Of a stretch of DNA of 64,000 bases, positions 37,116 through 51,200 are shown in pieces; the stretch's first letter is position 1, and each line of letters starts with the position of its first letter. The notes under the pieces were generated by a model, which did not search any database, was not told the origin of the DNA, and saw nothing but the letters and a program-made list of their open reading frames with translations. Source of the stretch: Lama glama (lineage: Eukaryota); the NCBI GenBank assembly GCA_028534125.1, contig CM052817.1:92630001-92694000 (forward strand). Direction: 5' to 3'. A program made the translations under genes and the position numbers.

Positions 37116-40100
37116 CCACACAGGCTATAATGGTGCTAATGATATAACTGGAGCTGCTGTTCAGCTGTTGTTTGAAGTCAGATGAACCCACCCTGTCCCC
37201 TTTGCAAGTGAGGAGGCAGATAAGGAACCTGCCGCCACGTGCTGGTCGGATGGAACAACGCTTGTTATGCCTGTGTTGAGTCTGGGTCTTCTAACTCCTA
37301 AAACTGCCCTTTCCAATTGTATATTTCCCCTGTATGAGCACCTTCTCAAACTTTTTAAAAAATGCCATCCTCCCTTTTGATGAACATAAAAATCTTACTC
37401 CCCTCCAGGAAGGCTTTGAGCCCACATCCTCCCACAACCTGGCCTTTTAGAATCACTGCTATCTTTCCTGAATCCCTCCTTGTAAGAGAGACTTTGTTGA
37501 ACTTTAGAGTCAGTATTTAAAAAATGATTTACATCTTGGTGCTTTCCAGATATAAAATTAACTCATTATTTCATGGGAGGTTTTTTTCCTAGACACACTA
37601 TCATCTACCCCCAATCACTGGGTCAAAAGAGTGAAACCCCTTAATACTTCATCTGGGTTTGGTACTTCTTTGAAAATCTCATGCTACCATGAAGCAGATT
37701 TTTTCTTTCTTTTTTTTAGTGTGGGGAGATACTAAAAAATGATTTTTTAAAAAAAGAGCAGGGAATAATAATGACTAATTACTAGTGCATTGAGTCTTTA
37801 TTGAAATCATTGGTTAAATCCTCCCATTTACTTCATTAATCTGATCTTCATTTCCTGGAAAGCCCAAACAAAACAAAACAAAACAAGTGTCTGGCAGCTA
37901 CCATTAACTTCACCTCTTCTTAAGGTGATACAACCAGGGAGCGAGAGGGACCTGAACTTCACTAGGCTCTGTGCAGGGCACTTTTCACTGATGAGCTCAA
38001 GAAAACAAAGAGTTTAAACTTACATCTTTACTGCATACTGTGTACACACATATTGAATTATACACACAAAAGGGTCTGGCTACTAAAAACCCAAAGGAAA
38101 GGAAGGGCATGGCCAACTTGAACCTTGACAATGGCAGTCTGCATCCTCACTTGACCTCTAGTAAGTGAGATGAGAGAGCTAGGTGACTCTCCTCTTGGCT
38201 CCCACAGCTTCCTTCCCATCCGGGAAGGGTGAGGCCAGAGGTTGGAGCAAAATCCTGCCCTCACAGTCCCCCTCTTTCTCTGAAGAGCACCTGGACTCCA
38301 CAATATTCTTGACACCTGACTAACAGTGCTGCCTTATGTCATCTTTTAAATAAATATTCCACCCACGGATGTGTTTTCTCTTTCCTAGAGCAGATTGTTA
38401 GCTGTAAGAGGGCAGGGGCTTATTTTGCATGGACACTGTCAAACCTCCATTCCCCATGCAATACAAATAAAAAGAAATACAATGGTTATCACCTGAATGC
38501 ACTGAAGAAATGGATGGGAAGATCTGAAGAAATCATGTTGGGTTTTTGAAGGCTAAAAACATTGAGGAGGGACACTCTGAGTCTTCTGATTTCAGTGCTA
38601 TGTGGAGTCCGTCACACTACGGCTTCAGGTGAGCCCACAGGATAGGCTAAGGGAAACAAGATCTGGACCCGACAGTAAGTAAACCAGATATTCACGTATT
38701 TATATGGCCCAGGAATCTTATTCCTGCTCTTCCCATCCCCTCCACCTTACTAGGTATCTCCTAAGACCATTTTCTGGTTTCTTATGTCTCTCAACTGGTT
38801 TCAGAATTATGCTCAGCACCTCCCTGAGAAGGGGGGCCCCCTGTGCGGAATCCTGTCCCTGTGGCTGGCAGCGGTGGGGGTGTGGCCAAGCCAGCTGTTT
38901 TGCCAGTGGCTTGTTAAACTTGAACATGAGGAGAACTGAAAAGGTACCATTTACAGTTGGACAATCATGACTAAGTAGACATGTCTATGATAAACACAGA
39001 GTCAGGAAAATGACTGCAAATCCAGCAATTTTCTCATCTGAAGAATGGAAAAATCCAAGCCAGGAGGATTTCACCCTAATATTCCTGAATACGTGTTCAA
39101 AGGCCAAATGCCCTGAACAAGCCCGATGGGAGTTTCTGGAATTTAACGTGGGGGTTAAATTCTTAGCATTTCCTGCACCAGCCCAAGTGATCATTCGTCT
39201 CTCTCTTTTGTAAACTAATGAAAGCTACAGAAATCCCTTATGTAGACAAAGCCTTTAGCAGATCTGGCAAATGAGAACTATTTTTAAAAAAGAGCACTTG
39301 GGCAAAGTAACATCTACTTTGTACACATCTGTTTTACATCTGTCAGAATCTAAAGTTTTCAGAGGAGGGACAATTTTATCCTAGCTCAAAATAGGCATCA
39401 AGAAATATTACACCAAATCACTTACATCATCAGCAAAATGGTTTTGTTTAATTAATAAACAGACTTCCAGATTAACCTCTGGCTGTGGTCTTCTAGATAT
39501 TTTAAGAGTATTTAACAAAGTCGTTTTCCCCTAATTATTCTTAATATGTTTTGAAATTTTGCACAACAGAAAGTCACTTCAACATGTGGTCCATGTATAT
39601 TTTTTTTTAAGATTTTTTTTTTTTAAGAATCATGCTGCTGCTCTTTGGAATGATTATTGATGTTTATAATGTACTCCCCCTCACTCTCTTTTTTTATTCC
39701 ACAGCTGGTTTACATACTTGTCTGGGCCAGAGCTCCCGCCTGACTCCCTTTGGTGGCTGTGTGCTGTGTTAAGCACTTTGTCCATGTTTCCCAGTAGCAC
39801 ACGGCCAATGAACATTTTGAACTTGTATTTTAAAAGAATCTGCAGCCTGGAGAATAGCCTGCATCCCAAACAGGAGGTGTTCTATCCTGGGAGAGGTCCT
39901 ACCATGTAGTCTTCAATGTTCCTTTTTTTCCCCTGTTCTTCCTACTTACAAGTATTTTCTGTTACCTTGCTACAGAGGAACAGCAGCCTCTGTCTCCTGT
40001 AATGTGGGTTGCTTTGTCAATAATGGTAAATATGGAGCAGAGCGGTGAAAAATCCATGAGCCCCCAAATCACGTATAACTCGCTCATCTGGTGCGGAGCT

Positions 40101-41971
40101 GAGTCTCCACAGGTCTCATGGGAGCATCTTCAATTCCAGGGAAGTCCCAGGGAGGGCAGCTCTCATCCCTCGGATCCATAAGCCTGGCAAAAAGCAGTGA
40201 GGGTCCTCTCCTCTGCTGATCCTGTGCCTTAACCCGGTGAGTCCCAGGTTGCCTTTGGTTTTCTTCCACGCTCCCTAAGAGAAAATCTCCTAGAGAGGAA
40301 TGGGGGCAGGGGGCGGGGGGCAGGGGGGTGAGTGGGGACACAGTGAGCGCTGGTTGGGATTTCTGAGACTGTTTGAATATTTTCTCCTGAAAACATTGAC
40401 TATAATTCCAGCATCAGAATGTTTCCTTTTTGCCAGCTGCATTTATGGAGCTAGGGCTTCTCTAGGGGGAGAAGGGATGCCTATGCAGGCACCGAGGGAG
40501 CCTGGGAAGCGGAAGACGAGCAGATTGTAAGCACAGACATGATAACTGTAAAAGCAAAGTCCCAACAACATGTCTCAGAGAATAAAAACATATTTGACTC
40601 AAAGAAATTAGCGATCTACACCATGAGGGTTAAGTCACGGTTGCAAACTTTTCATTGTTTATCAAGACAGAAAAAAGAAAAGCAAAGAAAGACAGAGTTC
40701 CTACCATTATTACCTCCCTCCCAAGTGTTAAGCTCCCCCAACATAATTTCTACACTTTATCTTTGGTGGAAGTTAATGCCGCTTAGCCGCCACCAACTAA
40801 TTAGTGCTATTTTGCAGATCTTAGCTGCCAGGAACCCAAAGGAACTATAAAATGTAACTTGTTGCCTGATTCTTTCCCATTTAGCAGTTAATTTTGACAC
40901 TAAAGACCTCTTTCCTCAGTAAAATTATATATCTGAGAAAACCAATTGTGATTCTTTTCAAATTCATCTTTGGCTCTACTGGATCAAGGACTTGCTTTAA
41001 TATCTCAGACTGTGAAAGTATTTTCTCTACAGAAAACAGTTCCTTTCGCCAGTGGGCGATTCTGGACTTATTGCTTATGCTTACAAAGTAATTGAATGCC
41101 TACATCACAGAGTGCAGGTTACATGTCAGGTGCACAAGTTTTCACGAGCAAAGGAGGGATTACTATAACAATAAAAAGACAGTGGCCTCTGTCCCATGGA
41201 GCGATGCTGGCTTCCAGGGCTAACCTTCCATCAAGATCACAAACAAGGCAGGACTGAATAAAAATGTACTTGTATTTTCTATGGACTTCCTTTTGGCCTT
41301 GGGATCAGCGTCCCAGGGACCAGTGGTCATCTTTATCGCAGGCATCGAGAGACAGTGTGGGGTCTGTGAAGAAGGACCCACCCAGGGACCAGTCATACAA
41401 AACCACCCTCAGGCGTTCAGTTGGGAAATTCTCAAAGCTCAGTCGGTAAGAAAGAGGTGAAGTTAGTTGGATTGAAGGGAATGTTCCAATTCCAGTAGCC
41501 CTGAATAAAACTGATTATCAGGGTAGGTACAGACAACATTTAAACGGGCTGTTGGGGTAAGACGACATTTAAGATGTGGGAGTCGTCCAGGTTTTGTTCT
41601 CCTTGGGCGGACATTCTGGGGGAGTGGCACATGTTTTCCAGCTCTGGTTTTCAGAAAAACCTGCATAGGAAGCCTGATAAGGAGGACTGTTCTCAGTCAC
41701 CCCTGAAAATTGTGGTTTAGTATACCTAGGATGGAGCCCAGTGTCTGCATGGTAGTTACAGCCCAAGCAGGAGTTCAGACTACACTTGACAAATTCCAGT
41801 GTGTGGGAAAGACCCTGGGCTTTGGAGAGGGACAAGAGCCCTCATCCCAGCCTGACACCTACTCAACGGATGACTTTTGAAGAGGGTCCTGGCCTGCTCT
41901 CCACTTCAGTTTCTTGTAGGTAAAAGAGTGATGGTAATTGTAAAGGGTAAATCAGATACATAAAGTTCTCT

Positions 41972-42115
41972 GCAAGTAGTAACTTATGGTGAAAAAGAAT
42001 ATGAAAACGAATATATGTGTGTTCATGTATGACTGAAGCATTGTGCTGTACGCCAGAAACTGACACAACACTGTAAACTGACTATATGTTAATACAAATA
42101 TATATACAAAAAAAT
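41972..42115 (+). mobile_element. Short L1 3' end
   Basis: Contains aaaagaatatgaaaacgaatatatg...ccagaaactgacacaacactgtaaactgactata. Confidence 0.75.
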
Positions 42116-42858
42116 CCTTGGTGCATGGTATATACTTAATAAGGTCTGAGTTCTCTCTCCCTCTTCCTCTGTCTGATAATAAGAGGACTTTTTTTTTGGA
42201 AGCTGTTAATGAACCAGGGGCTTTTCTAAGGAGTTTTTACTACATTTAACCCTGTGAGGTAGGTGTTCTCATGACTCCATCTTACAGGTGAGAAATGGAG
42301 GCGCAGACAGGTTGAGCCCACGGGTCCACAGGCAGCAGGTGGCGGGGCCAGGCCTTGGCTTGGCTCTACTGCTGAGAACTCACCTTATTTTCAGGGGCAT
42401 AAATTAGGGACAGAAAATTTCAAAACCTCTCTCTGCTGTATAATCAAGACCCACCTTTCACTTTCCAGCAGCTTTCCCATTCAGTCATGTCCCCGATGTG
42501 CCACAGTCTGAAGGGGACACTCAGTGTGGACACAAGCACCTGCAACTGTGACCTGGCTGTACCATGCATCGTTCTATTGCAGGGCACAGGTATGAGGAAT
42601 CACTATTCCTCAGACTAGGAACTGCTTTACATGTAGGGGCACATGTCCTCTTCCCAGATATTAGACAGCCTTTAGGACTCTTCAAGAAACAAAATGATGT
42701 ACACGTTTGTTTGAGGAGTGGTTCCCTTTCTGACAAGTGAAGCTGGAACCAAAGTTTCATTTTTAGGAGTAATACATTGAGAGTCATGACCAGGAACTTC
42801 AATTGTCCCTGCTGAGAAGTGGTTAACTACTGTGACAGAAAGTGGACAGTACTGAGTC

Positions 42859-43075
42859 GTATACAGGTGCGCGTGTGTGCAGGTGCATCACCTGAATACA
42901 GAGACGTGTATGTGTGTGTAAGCACCGCGTGAGGCACTCTGCACATGACACACGACACGCAGGTATGAACGTGTGTGTATGCATGTCTCTGTGTGTGCAG
43001 GCAGGTGCACATCCGGCCTTGGAATGCAGTATGTGCCCACACGTGCATGTTCCTACAGACAACAGGTGTGTGCCC
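42859..43075. repeat. Degenerate (TG/CA) alternating purine-pyrimidine low-complexity tract
   Basis: Directly visible. A similar shorter tract lies at ~43984-44046. Confidence 0.75.
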
Positions 43076-44334
43076 ATGATGCAAGAGGTTGTTTATCCTA
43101 CTGCACAGATTTTCTTCAGCTTGATAACAGAGAAGACAAGCTTTTTAACCCGCTGTGTTTCTGCTTAAACTTGGACTTTCAAATGCAATTTTCTAATGAA
43201 CTCATTTAAATAACAGCTGCAGTATTATTCTGGTATAATTTTTCCTTAAAAAATTCATTCCACCGTTGCTGCTGCCCAGCAGGAGTTTTAGTGCAGCCAG
43301 TACCCTCTTGTGCTGACAGCTCTGATTAAGGCATAAGCATTTATATAAATGAAAGATGTGTCTGACAAAAAAGAAATCTGATGGAATGTTAGTCTACAAA
43401 TCTACTCATCGCTCCTCCGTGCTGTGAACATCAGTTACCAGGGTGAATGTTAACTGTGGATGTCGCTGCTTAATAGGCACACACATGATCGGCCTGGGTG
43501 ATTGTACCAAAAGGTATTATTTTAATGAGACCTGACAGGACAATTCAAAACAGTGATTGTCCCTGAGACATCGGTGCCTATGAAGGAAGTACTGTTGCCC
43601 CGAGATTGTCGCTCCGTCCCTACTTTTGGGGTTGCAGAGCTGTGGTGAACTGCAGACGGCATGCCTTGCCCTGGGGCTGCTACAACTCAGATCCAGCCAA
43701 TGGCCATCATCAGGGAATGAGATCCAAGATTGCTGTTGCTTCCAACACTTTCCGAGTCGGAAATTCAGATTGTTATGGAAACCCCTGATATACTTAAATG
43801 CTGCCTACTCACTGAACGTTATCAGAAACATTCTCAGGGCCAAACCCAGCCCATCTGTAGGCAGAAGGAGTCACATATGACATCACTTTGCTCCCTTGGC
43901 CTAGAATAATTTCCGGGAATCCCTAGAGATCTATTTCCTAGTGGTTTGGGTGAAGAACCAATGCCCCGGGGATTGGTGGTGGATGTGTGCGTGCACGTAG
44001 ACATGTGTGAGGCCACGTGCGTGTATGTGTGCACGCTGTGTGCACAGGGAACCTGGTTTGCTTCTCACCCTGGTGTCCTGGTGTGTGCTGCTTGGGAAGC
44101 CTCCGGAGAGGAGGAAGGACAGATCCCCATCCTGGCGTTCTGGCTTATCCAGACCTAGCCGATCACCACTCCTGTGTCCTGGATGGAGCTGGGGAGGAGA
44201 GCTGGGCTCAGTCACTTAACCACCATATATTTTCTTTTCTTTAGAAGTTTACTTGCAAATTTTCCCCTCCACAGGAGGAAGTGCAGTAAGGCCCACCCCA
44301 AATGAAGTCAGTGAGTTAGATAGATAGTTCTGCA

Positions 44335-44468
44335 TTTTATTTTAATTTTTAAAAAATATTTAAAAACTTTTATTTAATTTTTTTCCCTTAACGGAGGCAC
44401 TGGGGATTGAACCCAGGACCTTGTGCATGTCAAGAACACTCTCTACCCCTGAGCTATAGCCCCACCCC
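44335..44468 (-). mobile_element. Camelid tRNA-derived SINE (Vic-1-like)
   Basis: Contains tggggattgaacccaggacc...ctgagctatagcccc. Confidence 0.8.
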
Positions 44469-47400
44469 GGATACGTCTGTATTTTAAAAGGTCTCCTACT
44501 GGATTGTCTTTGTGGGGGTGTGGGATCCATGAGCTGAAAACTTGGAGTTTTATATCAATGGGTACTTCCAAAATTTTTGCCCTGAGTTGTTCCCCAAGGT
44601 TTCATTTATGAACACAAAAAGCACACCAAGACTTGGCAAATCCGAACTTACAAGTTTATCCATAGATCACTTGTTTGTCGATCTGTATGCTCAAAACACT
44701 CTCTAAGATTACCACAAGGGCTGCTGTCTGCTGAATGTAACCAACACGGAGCCACGTGTGGAAAGACGTGATTCTGACTTTCTAGGAACTGACACCAATG
44801 GGTTGACTGACTGATTGATGGGCTGCCTGGTGATGCTGCTGATAATCTGAGAGGTTTGTCTCTGTAAATGGCGCTATAAAGACAGTCGTCGTTTTATATG
44901 AGACCATGGTAATAAAGATCATAGATTGTAACTCAGTAGTCCTCAAGTGGTCAATTAATGGAAAAGATAAGTAACTAAAAGCGAGCATGGAGTTCTGGCT
45001 CAGGGAGTAAAGTAATTCCAGTCATTGACGAAGAGCAAGGTAACATTAGTTTCCATCTCCACAGGCAAATGAATGAGGGTACAACCTAGAGCCACTGGCC
45101 TTGGAGTCTACCAGAGAAAGGGGGTTTGCAGGTATTCCAAGACATTTCCAGTGCACCGAAAGGTACCTGTGATGAGTCCTTCCAATGTGCATTCTCCTGG
45201 GGAGGTGGTGCACAGGGTAGGGAAGGAGGTAGTGTTTATGATTTATGGAGGGCCAGGCACCGAACCAGCAGCTGGATACGCACTGATTCCTTTCCTGCTC
45301 ACCACAAACCTGTGAGGTGGATTCTGTTTGGACAGTTTTAAAGACAAGGAGATTGAAGCCCCGGGAGAGAATTCGTTGACCACAGCTAAGTCATTGAACA
45401 GCCAGGATTTGAGCCCTGATCTACCCGACGCAAAGGACAACTGATTTTCCTAAGCCTCCGTTACCTCTCAGTAGGGTCATCTTCACCCACCATGAGTTCA
45501 CATGAAGTAAGAAGAGTAGTGCCGATTGTATAAAACCAAAAATGAGGAGCTTCATTTAAGCTGCACGGGTTCCTGGGCACTAGGGTTTACGGCATCCCCA
45601 GAGCATCTGCAGAAGTGATGCACAGTCAGGCATCGGAGTCTTTCTCCATCACATTTCCCTCTGCTGCATTTTCTGCCACTTCGTCTCCCTCTGCTGCTTT
45701 TCATCTCCCGTTTCTGCTGTGTAGTCCCATATCAATAATGATAAATAATAAATCACCAATCCATTTCTACAAGGCATTAGTCTTCCTCCTGCCTCCTGAC
45801 GAGGGACCAGTTTAGCATCTGTGCTCCCTGTCACATGGGGGTGGGGTCACAGTGTTGTCCCAGAGGAACTGGCTATAGGAGGCTCAACTGTGGGTGCTTT
45901 GGTCCAGCCTGAATGTCCTTGGCAGAATATACACCTATGCTTCTCATAAGCACACAGAACACAAAGATATATTTGAATACGGTCTCTTCCACTTCTAACT
46001 AGTGCTAATGCTGGTTTCCTTTAAAATTCAGCATATTCATTCATATATTCAACCAATGTTATTGAGTCTGACTGTAGCCATAAACAGTGTTGGGTTTTGG
46101 AACATGAAGTCGAAAAGCCACCCTTCAAATCACCCCGCTAAGATTAGTGGGGTGATAGACACTTTCTCAAGAAACAGTAACAGAGGTAATCGTTTGAAAG
46201 GAGAGTTTCTAGAAGCATCACCAGACTCTGCTGGGAGCAGCAGAGAAGGCATCTCAGAGAACATAGCAGGTGAGATGTGCCTGAAGGATACGCACAACTT
46301 GGCAGCTGGAGGGAGAGGAGCTGGGGGCAGGCAGTGTGTCTGGAACCACCAGCGGCTTAGAAATGCTCCCGTGTAAAGCCGGCCAGCTGGGAGTGGCAAA
46401 AAAAAATCAGGGGGAGAGATGCAGAGGCCACGTGCTTAATGATTTGTTTAGATTAGCTAGCTTGAGATTTTAACCCATGCTGATAAAAATGTTTCGAGCA
46501 AAACCGCACTAGGATGAGGTTTCTATAGAGGATTATCTAGGAAGCAGGATGAGGACAGTCTGGAGGCTGGTAAGGCTTGAAACGGAGAGAGAAACGGCAG
46601 CCAACAGCCCGTGGGGAAAACCAAGGTCGGAGATGATGAGGTCTCGAATTACAGCAGTGCAGGGGGAAACGGCACAGGGAGAGGTATTTAAAAAGCAGAA
46701 TGAATGTGAGACGGTGACTATTTGCCTGTGGAAGGCAACAGAATGACAAAAACAGAGGTAACCCCAAGCTTATTGGCTTGACCACTGAGAAATACATTCA
46801 CTGAAAAAACTGAAGTCACAAAACACTGACTTACTGCAAATACGACACAAATGTTGTGTTGCAAACATAAGCATGCAAAAAGGAAACACTTAAAAAAGTT
46901 TGGTACCAAACACATTTTCTGAAGCCAAGTACGCCATGCGAGGCCGTCATTTTTCACTCGAGTGAAAAGCACGTTTTGTGAGAGGGCTGCTAATACAGAC
47001 TGTGTGATGAATAAATGGATTAAGTCTTCAACGGCATGTTAATTGGCCGTTTTTGCTTTTCCTTATTTTTAAACTTCATTTTTAAATCAAATTAATTTTT
47101 TTTCAATTTTTATTTCACATCAAGAACATAGTGTAACAAGACAAAGTTATTTTATCTTTCCATCATTCTATGGAAATTTTCACTCGGCTCTGTTTTTCTA
47201 ATTTCCAAGAGCTCTTTCTCATTCTTGGAAAATTTCTATCATCTGTTTCTTTTCCATGGATGCAATATTATTCCATATCTCTGTAAGGACACAAATGACA
47301 ATTTACAGAATTCTGCTCTCTGAATTATCTTGGTTTCCTTGGAGTTTAGTTTTATTTGCTATGTTCTCTCTCTCAGATTTCATGGCTTCTTGCAGTTATC

Positions 47401-48085
47401 TAGCCATCCCTGCCCTCCATTCATATTTGCGCATGAGGCACTATGAGGCTCGCCAACTAGGGAGGAGACCTTAGAAAGGGCCTGAGGCAACAACCAGGCT
47501 GCTCTGGATAGGGGAGGCCATCTAGGGGACCTAAATGCTCTTAACCCAGTCTGTCACCTAATCTCGTGAGCACCACTGCGTCTCACAGCCTTCCCTGGTA
47601 CCTGGTGCCCTAGACCCTGAGCTAACTGCAAACCTGCTAGCTTTTCATTGGCTTCTCCCTTAGAAGGCACTTAGATTTCAACTTTCCCCACTTCACTAAG
47701 TGAATTTCCACTCATTTATCTTCCAAAATTTGCTGCAATCTTTTCTCTGTCTTTAGTGTCCATGTAGGTTTATACCTTTTATGAACCCTTTGGTGGGACT
47801 TTGTGGGGCAGCAGATAAAACCTGTGGGTTCAAACTGTCATGGAGAGACAGAAATCTTGCACAGTTTCTAGGTGACTCCTTTATCAAGACCAGTTTTCCT
47901 GATGCCCTTGAGTTTTAAGTCTTCTCATATGGGCTTTGATTCAATTTCTAACTCTGTACTATTGATTTGCTACTGATTTGAAACAAGTGAGTTTTTTCTG
48001 GAATATCTTGATAGGGAACCAGTTTAACCATGTGGTGAAATACTGGAGAGACAATTGGGCTGAGGCAGGGACTTGGTGGATGTTA

Positions 48086-48221
48086 TTATTTTTTGGGGGG
48101 GGAATAATTAGGTTTATTAATTTAATTTTTTATTGTTGTCATTAAGTGGAGTACTGGGGATTGAACCTAGGACCTCATGCATGCTAGGCATGCACTCTAC
48201 CACTGAGCTATACCCTCCCCC
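48086..48221 (-). mobile_element. Camelid tRNA-derived SINE (Vic-1-like)
   Basis: Consensus head with TSD tggatgtta. Confidence 0.85.
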
Positions 48222-51200
48222 TGGATGTTACTGTTTGTTTCTACTGTGCAGGACTGTTAGGAAGACAGAACAAGATAGTATGGGTGAAGTATGCTTTGAG
48301 ATCTTAGGAAGAATGATCAGTCAATGAATTTATTTCTTTCTGCCAGAAGAGAGCCAGCCTCAAATCCTTGAAAGATGACATCAAGATTTCTTATTCCTTT
48401 TGCTTTAATGACAGATGGAGACGAACTATTAAACTAAAAGTTCTTTACAAAATATTTTTTTGCATCATCACTTCAGAGTCATAAAGACAGAGAACAAGTC
48501 ACTTTTTAGCATTCGACTTGTGAAACAGTTCAACTAAATCCTTAATAAAACATCTGGAGCTTAAATAATTTGGTGACATGTAAAACAGAATTAGTTCCAA
48601 AATAGTTAGATGGACTGGGGCTATTCTTGGGTGATGATCACTAATTTCCTTAGAAATTATGTGACAGATACACGGATGGATTCACATGGAGTGTGGACCA
48701 CCCCGGAAATGGGGTCCAGTGAGATGGGCTTTCTTCCTTAGTCTGAGAGCAACAACTCTGAAAGTGCTACTTCTGCCTCAGTGCCCTCACTTATGAAGCA
48801 GAGATAATGTCCATTCCAAATGATGTCATGTAGTTGTATACTACCTCCCCGAGAAGAGAAAATGAGATGACATGTGTGGTATTTACTATATTACAAAAAG
48901 CATTATGAACATGCAAAAAACATGTCTAGACTTGGGATTAAACATCACACTGTGTATTCACATACATGTAAACACATAAATACAGACATGCAAACACCGA
49001 CATCAGTCTCTACTGAAGAAATACAGTGCCTTTTTCTAAGCGTTGTTTGCCCACCGTCTAGCATTAACACTAAAAACAGAATGAAAAAGGGTTGCTCTGC
49101 ATGAAATTTTTGTTTACGTGACATGCCATCTGCCTGTTGAGGGCATCAACCACAGCTGTTATTGTTAAATCCACGCTCAGGGCTGCAGAAGGACCAAGTG
49201 ACTACTGCTTAAGAGCTTGCCGTGAGCAGGAGGCCGTGATGGTCTGAATGCAGGGTCCACTGAGCACGGGGACCCTAGAAGGAATCTGAGCTGGGGTTGT
49301 GTTGCTGTTCCGGCCACCTACACCCACCTGTCTTCCCTCCCATCATTTTATGTGAAGGTAAGATCTGATGTGCCAGAGACTGAGAAGATGCTGCAGTCTC
49401 ACAGCGACCCTCTACGGTCTCAGAGGACGCTCAGTGAGGGAGAGCAATGACAGCCTTTCTCGAGAGGATGGCTCAGCGGTGCCGGAAGGAGAAGGGTATC
49501 AGGAAGGGCTTGTGAGTGAGGATGCAAGATCTTGCCCGAGCCTTTCCTGGTGAGACTCAGAAGAACACCAAGAGAGGGATTCTAACTTGAATTATGGAGT
49601 CATGAAACTGGAAAGGGGCTTAGAAATGAACAGCTGGTACAAGTGCTGCATCTGACAATTGAGGAAATGAAAGTGCAGAGAGAGGGTAAGTGACTGGCCC
49701 AAGATCATTGGAGGCCAAATCAGACCTAAGGCCTCAATTTTTTGTTTCTGGCTAGTGGTGCTTCCTCTGTGTCATCTTACCTCAAGTAGCTCCAGTGATG
49801 TTCTGGGAGTTACAGTTTTTTTTTTTTTCCTGAACCACTGAAGTATTTTGACTTATGGAACCCTGACTTTCTGAACTTTCAGAGTCATTCTTATGTTATC
49901 CAAAGGGCATGTTTAGCTGTTCCTGCTTTCTTAATCTCTGAGTGATGGAACTCCCCCATGACGTGCTTCAGAATGGAAATGCAAAGAGAAACATTATCTT
50001 ATTTGCATTCGATGCTGTTCAAACATAAAAAAAGAGCTGACCTGCCAATCATGTTTCCTGCCATCGGCTGCCACTTCCCTGCTGAGATCTAGGTTCAGCG
50101 TATCAATATCTGGTAAAGCGCAGGTCTGCTCAACAGCCCTTTCCCCAGCTCACTTTTGGAACAGCTGCTGGGCCTCGACACTTTTCAAAAGCGAGACAGC
50201 ACAGGGAGGAACTGATCAAACTGGAGGTGGTGCTCTCAGTGAGTCACTCAGAACATGAGACAATCTCCCAGTGATGGATGGATTTAGTCTGCTGGCTGGG
50301 CTACTTCATTTGAGGAAGACAAGTTTCTTCTGAGTGGATGGCGTGTGTCATGCCCAGGCTGAGTGAGCCACAGGCAATATATCTGTGGTTTAAATTGATT
50401 AATTCTCTCATGGGCAGATCCTTAGGACTCTCTTATCAAAGGCATCAGACCCACAAGACAGGAAAACCCTAGGTCTGGTCCTGACTGGGCTTTCGTAGGT
50501 TGGCAAGCGATTTTAACCGAGGAGGAATGTCATCGCAAAAAAACCCAGTGGCTCGTGGATTGGCTTGTTGCCACCTGGGACACTTGCTGAGGAAGGCATG
50601 TCCTGATCACATAGATCTTTGCTTTTCAGAACAGCTGTTTGTCTCTTGAAGCCATCATCGAGCTAGTGAGTGGAAGGCTTTGAAACAAAGAGAGCAAGTT
50701 CCTCCAGGGACCTGGCACCTCACGAGACAACGGAGATGATCGTGGGGAGCAGTATCACCATTTGCAAATGCTTCATTGTGTATAGAAGTAATTCACCATG
50801 GCTAAAATATTTCCTGAAGGGCGGCCGACAGCGGGGTTTAAAATCCTAAATGGTTGGCTGATTCTATTGTCTGCCACAATGGAACATGCTCACAAATCAG
50901 AGTAATCATTTTTCCAGGGCTAATGTGAATCTTATGGGTACCAAGGGAGAGCCTTCTCGTTGCTAGTTCCAGCCAGCAGGCTTAGCCACAGCCAAAGGGA
51001 GCTACTTGGCCAGTTCAGGCTTTGATGCAAGTCAAAAAACTGCACAGACGTGGCTACTCATTCTTGTCCTTTCTCATCAACACTGCAATGCTTTCTCTAG
51101 AGGTGGATATTTCTGGATGCACCAGTGTATTTTGCAGTCACGTTAAAACATGGATATTGCTGCTTTGCAAATGAAGCAAAGTGTAGTTGCACATTAGAAA

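Noticed and set aside
42823..43209. Cys/His-rich overlapping ORFs that look like zinc-binding peptides
   Set aside because: They are produced by TG/CA low-complexity sequence.
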